The position numbers and the translations under genes are program-made. This document shows, one piece after another, positions 12,066 to 26,394 of a stretch of DNA of 64,000 nucleotides (the first letter of the stretch is position 1; each line of letters opens with the position of its first letter). The notes beneath the pieces were generated by a model. That model saw nothing but the letters and a program-made list of their open reading frames with translations. It did no database searches and was not told the DNA's origin. This DNA comes from Botryllus schlosseri (taxonomy: Eukaryota): positions 6,884,001-6,948,000 of the forward strand of contig CM119371.1 in assembly GCA_051294905.1 (NCBI GenBank). The letters run 5' to 3'.

Positions 12066-13299
12066 CAGCACCGTAACTGCCGCACCCCAAACCCCCCAAT
12101 TGGGGGGGGCCCGAGCTTGAAGGGGGCCCAAAATTATTTCGTGAATTAGCATAAATTATAGAGTATTTTTTTTAAATTTATGCAACTTTTTCAAAATTTT
12201 TTTGCGCTGCGCGCGATGTCAAACTGCCAAACATCTTGAATATTTGTACTCTTACTCCAAGAAAAAACACGCAAGATTTATAGAAATAGACATATCGGCG
12301 TTGGCCATTACCGCGCCACGACGCACCAAGACATATAACGATTTAGGACATATTACATGCGACTCCAAGAAGTGTGCCAGAACGAGCGGCAATGCGAAAA
12401 CTTTGGCCGAAAAGGACTGCCCTTAAGCTGTCCGAAAACTTCGTTATACATACAAAATGCATATAGGTTTAATTGTCAATAGGCGCCTAAATGACTGGCG
12501 CCAAATGTTACTGTCTTGGTAATCTGAACCTCAGAAGACAAATACCATCCCGCAGGGAAACATTATATGCCAGTGAAGAAATACCAATTTGAAATCTTCT
12601 GCGTCTTTTAGTTTAGTACGTTTGGACTATTCTATATTTTTTGATATAGCAGACAGGAGGTCACGTCACGTCACATCATGCAACGAAATCATACCAACGG
12701 GTCCGCCCGCCCGAAGATGTTTAATTATTATATTTACTGGCCCTACAGTTTCCGGTAAATCTGATAACGTGAGCAGAGAGGACAAGAAATTGATGGCAAT
12801 ATATATGCAATTCCCAATCTTATTGGCCGCTTTTATCATGAATAGGGCTGGGTACAATGATTCGAGTACTCGAATCAGAATCGAGTATTAATTTTAATGA
12901 TTCGAGTCGAGTAGTAACGGACGATTTATTCGAGTACTGAAATTGTACGCTTCTCACCACTGAATGTTAATTTATCAACGAGAATTATAGTTTCGATACT
13001 CATTTTCACTGTAGAAGCCTTGGAACCTTGATTGGCTGTATCGTAGCGTACGAAACATATGGTACAAAGCTACGAACGTTACTGGATGTAGCACATTTCC
13101 GAAGTCATGATTATCCCACAGGTGGGAATAACTGAGTCCCTAAGCGGACACCCAATGTAAATGACAAGTAGCGGCAAAGGCCGAATTGCCAAAGGGGGGT
13201 CTGGGGGGCGCAGCCCCCCAGAAGTTCGGTTTATCACCGTATGGGGGGCCCATGACCAACGTTTTGGGGGGGGCCTGACGAAGTGCTGTTACGGCCCTG
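12066..13299. mobile_element. Non-autonomous hAT-like element with G/C-rich ends; contains a truncated TAGGGCTGGG-family element from ~12843
   Basis: Imperfect TIR CAGCACCGTAAC / GTTACGGCCCTG. TSD tctgcgtg (12058-12065, 13300-13307). Lies within a block (~10970-13540) absent from the paralogous spacer at ~40490. Confidence 0.8.
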
Positions 13300-14653
13300 T
13301 CTGCGTGACTGCCTAATCACATCGAGCAAGTGCAACAGTGAAGACATCGTGCCATGTAACGGGTTAAGATATGATGTGCAACCACAACTTTCATCAAGTA
13401 CCGGTATTGTGTAAAATGTAAGAGTGATTTAAATTTGAGGTCAATTATGATTTTATGGACGCCCAGGCAAGACTGCCGAAAAATGCGTTTTCCTTATTCC
13501 GGCTATTGATTCTGATAAAGCCGCTAACACCGAGTTTTCTTCAATGCCTTGGATCAAGTTTGCAGATCTAAGGGATTTGAGATGTGAGATCTGACTTGTT
13601 TCGGGGGGCATACTTATAGCAGATGATTGGAGGTGGCTTCTTTAGAAATTGGATGGAGCAACTTTGTGACGAACGGGAAATTGCTAATGACAATAGAAAT
13701 AGGTCAAATTTTCAAAAATATATGTAGTTATAGCGATCCATTGGCTTTTGCCCATTTTTCTGATGTTTCATTCATGAAAAGGATCCAAATATACATTAAT
13801 AGTGTTAAGAGTAAGCACTAAGCAGTTCCACCTAAAAACTTAAGAGTAACCAAAAAACAAAACCACTCAAGCAAGTCGGCAAAGTATGTAACCAACTCGT
13901 GCATTCTGAAAATTAGAGGAACTTCGCCGTTGATCACAGCCGGATATGAGCTGGTAATTGTAACACGTATAGAATGCCGATGTCCAACCTAATTGTGGCT
14001 TGAAAATACGCAGCTGACTAAAACTCACCTTGAATGACAATTGGTAAACTTGCTTGACTCTGACTGGAAGAAAATCCTTGCCTGTGATGATAAACAAATG
14101 ATACATCAGGTTAGAAAGATCGTTACTAGTGGTTCAGTTAATTGTTACTAATTTTATCATTTCAATACACCCCATTATAGCATAATTTTATCATTTCAAA
14201 ACACCTTACCATAGCATTGATGACAAATGATATCATCCGAAATCATTGATTTTACGAAAACATAAACAAAGAATTACTCACTTTTATCTCCGGGATAGAA
14301 TTCTCACAAGATGATGCATGTCAGATTCTGACTGTTATCGGTTGAGATTGTGATGCAAACTCCCTTTATCCCCGAAGCCAAAGAGATATGAAAGATATCG
14401 GATGACCAGTCCATTAAGTCTTAAGTGATATGTTACAAACGATGATTGCAATCCACTGTAACAAAATTAAGAGTGGGAATAAAAAGTCAAATCAATAAAT
14501 CATTAAACATCACAGGTTGCTCAAGCCTGGATATCGTACCAGCAGATGTGGTAGATATCGAGTTGCAGATGGTCGCTTCATATTAACTGAATCGAAATGG
14601 TTCATCATCCACAGTTCTCATAAAATAGATCGGCTTTATATAAACTTGTAACC

Positions 14654-14970
14654 CAGTGGTTCCCAACATGGGCGATATCGCCCCCCAGGATGCGATTTGG
14701 CGGTCTAGGGGGGAGAAAATAGCGAAGGGGGAGATAGGTAAGCGACAGGCGCGGTAAAACGGCTATATTGGAGTCGAGACGTAGAAATAACCTTTTTATT
14801 TAGTCAACTCACAAAAATTTTTCTGCAAAAATGTATAAGTTAGAGGTCGCGCCGGAAAGTTGACCTATTTTTTTTGAATGCCGATTTTTCGGTTCACAAA
14901 ATTTAGGAGGCGTTGATCGATGTGGAGCTTGAAAAGGCGGCGATGAGTCGAAAAAGGTTGGGAACCACTG
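14654..14970. mobile_element. hAT (Buster/Charlie-type) MITE, same family as 8809-9207
   Basis: Same TIR. TSD ttgtaacc (14646-14653, 14971-14978). Confidence 0.92.
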
Positions 14971-16025
14971 TTGTAACCCAAGATATATTTGGAAGCACGT
15001 ACATACGGTACTATGTGACTTGTGAGTATACCTTTTGAAGAGTGAATAACTTGAGAGCAAATATCGTACCAGGTTCAACAACGAAGAGGAACAAGGAAGA
15101 CATCATCCACAATCATTTGAAATTTTCATGCATTCAGTTATTCAGTGCTGTGGGTTATTTCATCTGAATTATAGGATGTGTAAAACTGATACCACTTACG
15201 AACAGCAATCAGTAGGTTCCCAACTCATGATATCAGCCACATAACCATTGTGGAATCAATTGTCCAGGTCATTAAAATCATCGACCATATCTATATTGAA
15301 TGAATAATGGACTAAACAGATAATGGGCTGTATCAACTAAAATTGCTTGCAGATTATGCACTGTGGTACAAATAATGAAGTATATTTCCACAAAATTACT
15401 GCTTACTACTACTATTACATTCATCAAATGATATGAATCTTACCGTAACAGTAGTTTACACTTAAATTTGAAAATCCGAACATTCAAAGTTACGCCGATT
15501 TGAAACAAAACATTCACAATTTTAAAGGCAATTATGATGGATTGAAAATGAAATGAAAATTGAAATTGTGAGCAACTTTCTAGATAGTTGACGGTCAAGA
15601 GCTTTTCTAGTTACTGAACTGACAGAAGTTCTAGCATCGTCGTTTACTTGTTTGGTGTGAATAATGATGCTGGTGTTTTGTTGTGTGATGTTCTTGCAGC
15701 CCCTGCTAGATCAGAGTCAACATTACTAACGGTGTCATAGCCAGAGGTGGGTTGGGGTGGTCGGAAACCGCCTCACCCTAACACATATTCTATCTCCAAC
15801 GTTTCTTTGCTCATTTCCAATTCAGTAATTTGCATTATCAGTTCTGCAGTTGCTTCGAAGTTGAATCTACATAATTGCATTTTAGTTCGCTAGTCACGGA
15901 TTTTTAAAGCATGTTAATTCTAATTCTAGAAGTCGATTCTGAAAAGTGAGTGGTTTTACTTCTAGTTTGAGTCGCACATTTTGAAAATCCAGTAATTTGC
16001 ACAAGTCTGATTAGGAGAGTGCAAT

Positions 16026-17653
16026 CTATCTCTTCAGAAATACGGATGTGAAAATTTGGAAACATTGATCTACTTTTGGTTTCACTATAGTCCATTTGTC
16101 TTGCCATATATCATACTTTTCAATTGCAAAAGAGGTTTCGTAATCTGTTACAGCAAATATCCACTTGTCAACGTGATACGCAGAAACTTGACACTGACAA
16201 GCATTCATAGAAGATAATGAAGTCCACTGAGCTGAAGTAACATCGTAACATTCTACGTTGTTGACTTTCTTTCCTCCACTCGCCCCACCGATCAAAAATA
16301 TCTTCTGATCAATTGCAACAACACCACCGAAACATACAGGATATCTCATTTGGTCGAGATCAACCCACTCTGATGAGGACGGAGTGAATCTGCAGAATGA
16401 TGAAACTTCATCATAATCATCTCCTATACCTCCGATACAATAGATGGAATCATTCACTGATACCAGACTTGTATTACATATCGCTGTTGGTTTGTCTTCG
16501 AGTTGAATCCAGTGATTAACGGGTGAAGTAAACATTTCCACACCACTTGTTGCTTTATGACCACCTCCTCCAATAACGAATATCGATCCGGACAAAGAAA
16601 CTGAGCGAGGACTGAATCCATGGTGACAAATCATATCTTTCATCCTTTCCCATTTTGAATTTTTGCTCTGCAAATTGAGTCGATAAACTGATTTATTCCC
16701 ACATAGAACGTAGATATACGAGTCTAGAAAAATCGCCGAAAAATTTCTTGAATTTTGAAACGTCTCATCATGAAACTTCTCTACTTTCTCAGTTACTGGA
16801 TTGAAGGATCGCATATAATCTGCATTACGATCGAAAAGAATTATCAATTCATCATTGCCAATTTCTTCGTTCATTTCGTGCGATGCTTTTAGAGCTTCTA
16901 AAAGATGTCCATTGATCAACTTGTACAGTCTTAAGTCGTTACTGATAATTAGGTTTGATTCCAAAAAACGTTCTAAAATGCGGGAGAGACTTTATGAAAC
17001 TTGATCGCTTCAAGACACTCGTGCAAATGTTCCCGATTTTTGCAATTTTTCTCAATCCAATTGAACAATACCGTTAGTTTTTCTTCTTCGCATAACTTTG
17101 ATTGTTCAGACTTCACAAAATTGAGGATGTTAGTTTTTTCAATATTTCCAAATTCGGGTTAGTTTGAAATTTCCATGATATTTTCATGAAAAAATGCTCT
17201 ACATCGCGAAGAGACGGCATCCAGTCCATACATATCGGCGACATTTCTTGTGGAAAAGTAATTCAATACATAAATTGATCCCTCCAAAACGTCAGATACT
17301 GCCCGTTTCACATCTTCCAACTGCATCATCATTGCGACATGAAGAAGATCATTCATCTTTTCATCAGGAATCTCTAATTTACCCGAATATATGAAACCGA
17401 TGCAGTTTTTCACACACTGAGAATCGACCTCTTTCAAAACGACTTTCCCTTCGCGACTCTCTTTAGTGTCGTGTTTCAACATAGCTTTGAAATAAGCACA
17501 ACCAGCCGACAACACATTCTTGTGAGTGTAATAGACATCATCTCCAACTTGAATTATGAAATCACAATGATCGTTTTCTTGCTTCATTCGATGTAATTCT
17601 TCCATCATCTTCATTGAATGTATCTCTACATTTCGACACACAATCTGCACCAT
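16026..17653 (-). pseudogene. BTB-BACK-Kelch copy 2, disrupted
   Basis: Collinear with copy 1. CAA>TAA nonsense codon at 17159-17161 (ISN* versus ISNQPEF in all paralogs). 1-bp deletion in the A-run at 16975-16978 (ttctaaaatg versus ttctaaaaatg). The 194 nt between the two ORF pieces is not a multiple of 3. Confidence 0.9.
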
Positions 17654-18451
17654 GATTGTCAATCAACTATAACTATCCTACGAATATTATAATATAGTCA
17701 AGCACTGTTATTGAATTGAAGATGATTACAACACACAAGACACAAGTATAATGCCTGTTGAAACAATCATAATACGCATATCAACGTCACGAGTATGAAT
17801 TGAAGGAAATTCAACTACACACAAGGTGAACACTGAACAGTGCTAAATCAGAGGCATCCCTTCCATTATGCAGTTATGAAAAAAATTTTCCATCGTTTTG
17901 CTCAACTTTTTATTCGTTGAATTGACACGAACCCAAAGAGTTATTGCGGTCGATTACCACCGCCTCGCGAATGATCGAGTTGATTATCCGCAATCTTAAT
18001 TATATTTTGGATCATTGTAAAATAATTTCACACTATGGTATATTCCAGAGGGGCGGCCGTATCTGTTTCACGCTCCAGCCGAATATCACAAAGATTGATT
18101 TTAAAAGAGCAGCAACGAGAAAGATCACGCTGATTTTACTCCGTGTTTGGAAACGAAATCAACGAAGCATGTAGCTTGTCAGTGTCATCTGACGGATAAC
18201 ACTGGTCTCCACGATTTTTGCGCCCGGACTTCTTTGGGTCAATTACGCAATTATAACTAATTTGGGGGCGCTGAATACGAATCTGACGTTATCTTTGCTC
18301 TATCATATCACGTTGTTGAGATATTATATATGTTGAATAACATAACATAACATTGTTGGGTTATTATTTTTATCTGAACAAGTCACACACAATGTACAAT
18401 GCGATAAGACACAATGCGATGTCATGAACAGATAAGAGGATGTCGAACGAC

Positions 18452-19668
18452 ACGCATCAGTAGCGAATATTTCTACTTCTTCGAGGTATTCAAGTATATT
18501 TGGCTACTTGCAGTACTTACTGAACGGTAATGTTTTACAATACTTCAACATCTACCTGAAGCCTGAACAGTATTCTGGATGAACCAATGATTATACAATG
18601 ATTGGAAACTACCGTGACCTCTGCGTTTCAGCAGCGTGTACTCAAATATCAATAACATCATATATAAATAAATATCAAGTGGAAGTAATTCTAGTTTTCT
18701 GAGTACTCGGGTTAGTTTGCCTATTTTCTCGGGTAATTGCTGTGCTTTCATACCACTCACCAAACAACAGCATCACAACTTGGTTTTCGCCAGGGTTATC
18801 TAGATATCCCTGGGTTTTGAATGTATTTGAAAATAGCACCCACATATTCATTGGATGGTCATTTTGTGGTAGTCATGAAAGCTTCACCGTCCAATTTCAA
18901 AAGTGACTATTTCTAACTAACTGCGTACGTCACAGATTTCTATTTTCGCTACTTCTATTTAAACCTGAGTAAATCATTGCAGCAAAACTTCAGTAGCAAC
19001 GCTGTATACATCAATCTTCTCTGACAAAACGTCGCCTATCCATGATCATTCCACAACGCATCAGTAGCGAATATTTCTACTTCTTCGAGGTATTCAAGAA
19101 TATTTGGCTACTTGCAGTACTTACTGAACGGTGATGTTTTACAATACTTCAGCATCTACCTGAAGCCCGAACAGTATTCTGGATGAACCAATGATATATA
19201 TAGGCTACAATGATTGGAAACTACCGTGACCTCTGCGTTTCAGCAGCGTGTACTCAAATATCAATAACATCATATATAAATAAATATCAAGTGGAAGTAA
19301 TTCTAGTTTTTCTGAGTACTCGGGTAGGTTTGCCTATATTCTCGGGTAATTGCAGTGCTTTCATACCACTCACCAAACAACAGCATCACAACTTGGTTTT
19401 CGCCAGGGTTATCTAGATATCCCTGGGTTTTGAATATATTTGAAAATAGCACCCACATATTCATTGGATGGTCATTTTGTGGTAGTCATGAAAGCTTCAC
19501 CGTCCAATTTCAAAAGTGACTATTTCCAACTAACTGCGTACGTCACAGATTTCTATTTTCGCTACTTCTATTTAAACCTGAGCAAATCATTGCAGCAATA
19601 CTTCAGTAGCAACGCTGTATACATCAATCTTCTCTGACAAAACGTCGCCTATCCATGATCATTCCACA
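18452..19668. repeat. Near-identical head-to-tail tandem duplication, ~604-bp unit
   Basis: acgcatcagtagcgaatatttctac starts at 18452 and again at 19056. Both units end ...ccatgatcattccaca. Confidence 0.95.
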
Positions 19669-22600
19669 AAATCCAGGTCGACTTTTCAGGATCCCATCAT
19701 GTTATGCAAAGAAATGAGGAATGATAAAACAAGATACATATACTTCACAGATGTAACATTTACGAATGCAGTATTGAATTTTTAAATCCCTAATTCATGC
19801 GTTTATAAACGAAATGATGCATGCATTTGAAAAACAAACATTAATATGCAACGGTACAGAAATAGATCGATGCAAAAGTAACAATGTGGACAACAAAAAC
19901 AGTTTATGTGTGATCTTTCAAGCATTAACAGTGCTAGATATCAATTTTTGACATCTTCAACTCGGGAAAATTCCCTTCAAAAATGCAAAAGTACACTCGC
20001 TTTCGTTAGCTCAAACGTGGCCAATTACGACCTGAATGATGCCTATCTACTCGTGATGAAATCTCCTGCCTTGTTTAGATGTTAGCTTGCTCTTGCCCGA
20101 ATCATTGGTAGGAAGGGGAACATTTTCTGTAACTGTATATGATATCAAGGATAAAAGAGTCAGGAGGAGATAACGATGAATTGAATACTAAAACCTTCAA
20201 TAAATGTCAGTATGTCCACACACGTTGGGGGAGGAACTGTAAGCATTTCCCCTGAGCTTACATATGACATTCCTTTAGTGCGTGATAATACCAGCATATT
20301 TTGAACTATAATTGTCACAGATGTGATTCCCTGGCAAACACAGATTATTCCAGCAATTGTGGTTTTCCCGCATCAATCGATCCGATGGCAGTTCCAGACT
20401 GGGAACGAATTGCACATTTTTCAATATCCTTCAACTTGTTGTAGTATGCAGCCTATTCTTACTTGCTCCCAGTTGGAGGTGGTGTCTGCGTGTTTCATAC
20501 GAGCACTCTTTTCTGGTAAATTCAAGGTTGGAATTGTTCAATATACGCCCTGTCAACAAATACATTGGGCCCACCTTCGACCAGTTACGTGACGGAAATC
20601 CATCCCGAACGAGGCGGACGCTGGAATAAAACGCGGTCCGTTTTTTATGGCAAGAAGAAGCAAATTGTGATATAGACTCGATTAAAATTATAATTGCAAC
20701 TACACAGTTATTTCCAAATTAGATTAAAATAAGAACAATGGCTATACATTTTTTCCATATGAGATTGAAATTAGATCTACTCAGTGTTTTCCAAATCAGA
20801 CAAGAATTACACAATTTGTGAAAACATTGGACATGGAATGAGGTTCAGTTCATATCAAATCATAGATTTTTCTCATAAGTATGCGAATGGCAAATGTGAA
20901 GACATCAAGCTTGGCTCGATTCATGTGACACAGACACGTGACCAGAGAATGGATTAGAAATAAATTGAGAGCAAGGTAACATTTCACAAATGAGATAATG
21001 GTATAATTACCGTAGTCTCATTACAACAACTAGAATTACAGTAACTAGTTGTCCAAGTCTGCACAGAGGTAGTCAGTAGCCTAACGAACTACTCGGGTAG
21101 TTCTCCTGTTCTTACATCACTTATTTCACTAAATCAAATTTTCGGCTACTTTTACTCTGTCACATTTCTAACTTACCCACCTTTCGCTAATCACAGTTTG
21201 TCATTGACAAGTAGAAGTGTTAAGTTCTTCCAATAAGGGAGATAGAGTGACAAAGATGGAGAAATTCAGGTGCTGCTTTTGCGAAGAGCCCTGACTTTTT
21301 GTCATGCTTTGCGCGAATATACGGGGTGACCAATATCATACCACTGAAGTATGGGTCAATAAAATTAATGTTGCAGTTTGCCTGGTTCATGTACGTAATT
21401 TCAGGTCGCCTAGTTGCCATATAGCAGTTTCATGACAGTAAGCTTGACTAAAGTTCGGCAAAACGTTTGGAATTATACGACCTGCCTTATTTCAGTTTGC
21501 TTCCTATCAGCTCAAAACATCAATGTAGTGTCCTGGTAGAATTTATCCACATCGGTCATTGTCTTATTAACTAAAGACATTGCAATACGACCGACGGCGC
21601 CATACCATCACATTTTCTGAAATGGGGCATTAGGGTTTCAGATTCTTGGGATTCACTGATTACATCGCAAAGTTGCCTAAAAAAGGCTGCACACCAAATT
21701 TGGCTCGGTCCCAACCAGCCTCGGCAGAGTGAATTGAAGTTTTTGAGATTATTTTTAAAAAATGCTTTAAATAAAAATCTAACTGTCAACCCAAGGAAAT
21801 TGTTGAGTTGCCTAAAAGAATGACGCATAACAATTTTTGCTCACTTCCATCCGTTAGAAGCGATGTTATTGCAGTTGAAAGTTTTAGATTTGCAAAATTA
21901 GCATTGATGGTGGGTGATCCCTGAATTATTGATGAAATACTCAATTAACTTCTCTTCTACAGGTTGAAATTGCGTCAAATTTGTTTTGCAACGTTTCCGT
22001 AGACAACTCGACCATTTCATGAGGCTCACAGCAGAAAATTGAAAAAAAAAAGAATAAAATTTTTCTAATAAATTATAAATTTCAATTGACTATGCCTCGA
22101 CTTCTACTGGTAGGAATTGAGACAAATTTGGTGTGCTGCATTATTTTACGCAAACTAACATTTTATTCAGCGAATCCTCGGGATACGGAAAAGCTATTGT
22201 GAACAACCATAATGCACCCAATCGCAGATAGTTATTTTTCAGTGACTATTTCGCGACAACTAAACGACTTTACCCCCCTCCGAATTTACTGGAAATCAAA
22301 GAGCCATATTTAGTGCATGAATTATTTGTCCGCTCAGATTGAGCTGGATATAGGTCCTATAGGATATAGGAGTCTGTAGGGCGTAAATATATGATGCGCT
22401 GATGTTAAGGAAGATAACATGTTGATGAGAAAATCCATGGGATTCCGATTGATTCATTAACACTGATATTGTCTGCATTGTGGACAGAATGTTTGCTATA
22501 TATTTCTATATTGCCACCAACTCTGGACATGTTACAAAATCACACAGAACTCACCTGTCGCCATCATTCCTGGGAATCTTAATGTCGGAATCTTGTCTTT

Positions 22601-23455
22601 TAGCCGATGAAAATGCCTGAAAGAAAATCTCATAATTACACAGCCCGTCAGCCGAAAAAATAGACTTGAACAGTAAAATTAAACAGTGGTTCCAGCAGCC
22701 ACCTTGAACTGCATAGAGCACAAAAATGCTTTCATTTGGTGTAGAAAATATGTTGGCGTCCACAGGGAAACGGTTCACTTTGGTTTATCTATTCCATTTT
22801 ACGACATTACAGAAACGTCACAGTACTAGGTTTATACAATTTAGAAAGATTTGGTTGTTCATTAAACTCTGGCCTGTGCCCAATGTCACATCAACGGTGC
22901 AATCAAGTACCGGTATCTCATAAAAGAGTTTAACCACAATCGCCACTAATGAATATAGAGGCATGCATTGATGCTTGCTTCTCAACGGGATTTCAAGAAC
23001 ATGCACCTCAGTTATTAGCCATACCTCAATTGTTCTACTAGCAGTCACGCGCGGTTCAATCACTTCCTTTAAAGAGGGTTAATAGCTTCAGCGTTGGAGA
23101 AAATGGAAAACTGATAACTTCCGGATATGAGCTGGTAGATGCGATGCGAAAAGAATGTCGATGCACTTACTAAATGTGGCTTGAAAATATAGCCGGATGA
23201 AACTCACCTTGAATGACAATTGGTAAATTGCTTGAAACATGCAACTTGCTTACTTCTGATCGAAAGAAAACCCTTGCCTGTGATGATAAAGAAAGGATAC
23301 ATTGTGTTGGAAACGATTAAAATTCGAACTTTACAGTCACCCAATGTGTTCAGACTTGTTGTTGTTGTTGTTGTTGTGACAGATAGAAATAACATCGTTA
23401 CTAGTGGTTGAGTTGAGTTTATTGGTAATAATTTAGTCATTTCAAAATTCTATAG

Positions 23456-24614
23456 CAGGGGTGGGCAATCATTTATCAGAAGTAGAAACACGTTGGCGGG
23501 CCGAGTGAAAAATTTTAGCTATATTCTCCAGCGTATTTTAATTTTATTTCTAAATTGCATTGTTAGTAAATGCTGCTCAGTGAATGTGTTGGTAATGAGA
23601 AATTGACGGTTATTTAAAAAACATCTATTTGCCGTCATAATTGGCAACAATGTTTAACATGATACGTAATTAACTCTCATTAAACCCCTGTCCACGTTCT
23701 GCTATTAAGACACTAGAACAGTGGTTCTCAAGCTTTTTTAGGCACGCCTTCCTTTATGATAGCGAAAAATTTGTCGCCCGCCTTACCATGATATTACAAA
23801 ATAACAAAAAGTGTAACCGGAATGCTAGCAATCCCAATGGATAGTTTGATGGCATGGAAGGTTCTGTAAATGCGTACTATCCGATATCCCCAAAACTAGT
23901 TATAAAAAAGAGGGTTTAAGACTTTAACTGAAAGCTAGGCAGTCAACACAATAACCCGTACTAGAGTCATAAAACCGTGACTCACACTCGACCCTTTGTT
24001 CGCTGACTTGGACTTGACTCGGTGGTGAATTGAAAATGACTCGACTTGACTCGAGTCAAAACTATTAAAGTGAGTTGGACTTGTGACTTGGTTACAACAC
24101 TGCTTATACTTTGACTTGACAGTGTTTTCAGTAAAACTATGCATAGAATACTTCCTTTTTACTAGGGTTGGACAAAATCACTTGCCTGAGTGAATCGATT
24201 CTGAGCCATTATTAGGCTTCGAGTTGAGTATTCAAATATCACTCACTGTGACGGTGTAAGTGTACAAAAGGCGTAAAAGTTCAAATATTCATCTTTTACG
24301 CTGCGAGTAAAAATATAATGGCGATTTTACGTCACGTTAAAGATAAATTGGTAGAGAACGGCTTGACATGGATAGTCCATAGCTTTGTACTGCTTGTTTC
24401 GTATGCTGCGACACGACCAATCGAGGTTTCTGGGATGGGAAATGGTATCGAAATTGTAATTCTCGTTGATAAATAACCTGTTAGTGGTGAGGAGCGTATG
24501 TATGCAAGCCTATTTCAGTACCCGAAAAATCATCTTCCACCACTCAACTCGGATAATTAGGATTAACACTCGATTCAGATTCGAGTACTCAAATCATGTG
24601 CAGTATGTGCCCTG
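23456..24614. mobile_element. Nest of truncated hAT-type MITE fragments
   Basis: CAGGGGTGGGCAA end at 23456, CAGTGGTTCTCAA end at ~23719, a GACTC-family piece ending ~24102 and a TAGGG-family copy at ~24163-24614. Confidence 0.65.
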
Positions 24615-25828
24615 CTATCCATTTTACTTATTTGGAAATTGATACTGTACGGTATTGTACTAAGTAGAAATTTACGACGTTACTTATCCTTTTGAGTACC
24701 AACGATAAATACTTTGACGTATCTGCTCCTGATACAGCGATTTCGAATCACCCCCAACCACAACCTTCACCCACATTCGTCACCCACCTTTTTACATCGG
24801 GATCAACCGGCTTTTCCTGTAGGCACCCGAACCAACGGTGGGACCTTAGGCACTTTCTGGCGGATCACACCCGCTACTGGGCCGATCCTTGACTAGTTTG
24901 GTGTCGGGTCAGAAGTCCTGAACGCGGGGGACACTGGAATAAAAGGGGGTCAGTTTTCTTCGGCAACACAAAGCAAATTGTATCATAATTGCAACTACAC
25001 AGTTTTTTTCTGAATTTTGATTAGAATTGCTTCTTGGAGGTACAGAACTTCAGTATACAATTGAATAGCATAGTCATATTGAAATGAGCCTGAGTATTTC
25101 CTGCTTCATTTCAATATGAATAAACTATACAATTAGATTGGAATAAGACCAACACTATTTTGAAATGAGATTAGAACTTCAATTATAGCTACAATTTTCC
25201 TCCAAATTAAATTAGAATTATTGAATTTGTGAAAAGTAGGGCATGGAATGAAGTTTAGTTCATCAGAGTTCGTTCTCATAACCATGAAAATGGCAAATGT
25301 CTGTCTAGCAAGCTTGGCTCGTTTCGCACTATACAGTTCTCCTGTCGCCTTTATAGGAATTAGATTGGAACTAAAATGATAGCAAAGAAACATTTCACAA
25401 ATCAGACTAGAATTAGATCACCGACATTTTGCTTTATTTATTCTAGAGGTGTTCACTAACGAGGTCCCGCAAAACGTTTGTAATTTACGATCTGCCATAT
25501 TTCCAGTTTCCTTCCTAATCGTGCAAAACGTCAATGTAGTGTCCGGACACAACCTATCTGCGTAGCACATCCTGTTATTAACTACAGGCATTGTAATATG
25601 AGATAGGGCGTCATAGCGACACATTTTCTTAAGGGAGCAGTTGTGTGGAAAATAGGTCAAGAACCTCTGTTCTATAGCAATGGTGTCCTTTGCAGGCTAT
25701 TACATGATATCATAGGCGCTGAACTCTATTTTTCCGAAGGTATGCGGGATTAATGACGTCATAATATGTCAGAATTGACAAATGAGCTGACTCCCAAGAG
25801 CTCAATATCCCATGTCGCTTGTATATGG

Positions 25829-26394
25829 CAGGGTTTTAATTAAGTCACAAGTCAATCCCACTTTTATAGTTTTGACTCGAGTCAAGTCGACTCATTTTCA
25901 ATTCAACACCGAGTAAAGTCCGAGTCCAAGTCAGCAAACAGCAGGTCGAGTCTGAGTCATGGGTTTATGACTCGAGTCCGAGTCCAAGTCATTGTGTTGA
26001 CTGCTCAGTTTCCAGTTGAATTCTTGTTAATTCCACTTTTTATAACTATGTTTGGTGATATCGAATGAAATATACTAATTTTCCTCACTTCTAGCAGTTT
26101 CTGGTCGCATTTGCAAGTACCAGTACCAATAGATCAAGTATGAATGTTGCGGTTACTTTACTATTCTTCGAAAGTATAATGAAATATCGGTCTTATCCGT
26201 CTGAGTCATGCGCAATGACTCGAGTCTAAGTCGAGTGAATACACAGATTGACCCGAGTCAAGTCGAGTCAATACACAGATTGACCCGAGTCAAGTCGAGT
26301 CATTTCAATATTTTGAGAAAATGACTCGAGTCAAGTCGAGTCATCAGAAAATTGCGACCCGAGTCGAGTCATGACTCGAGTCATTACAGCCCTG
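25829..26394. mobile_element. hAT-type MITE rich in GACTC/GAGTC palindromic repeats, complete copy
   Basis: Ends CAGGGTT...AGCCCTG. TSD gtatatgg (25821-25828, 26395-26402). Related copies at 787-~1146, 29161-~29538, 51339-51775 and ~23880-24102. Confidence 0.85.

Larger units (their letters stand above)
7675..14640. repeat. Spacer block paralogous to ~37748-41600
   Basis: Collinear once the inserts (8809-9207, ~8365-8570, ~10970-13540) are removed. Confidence 0.85.
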
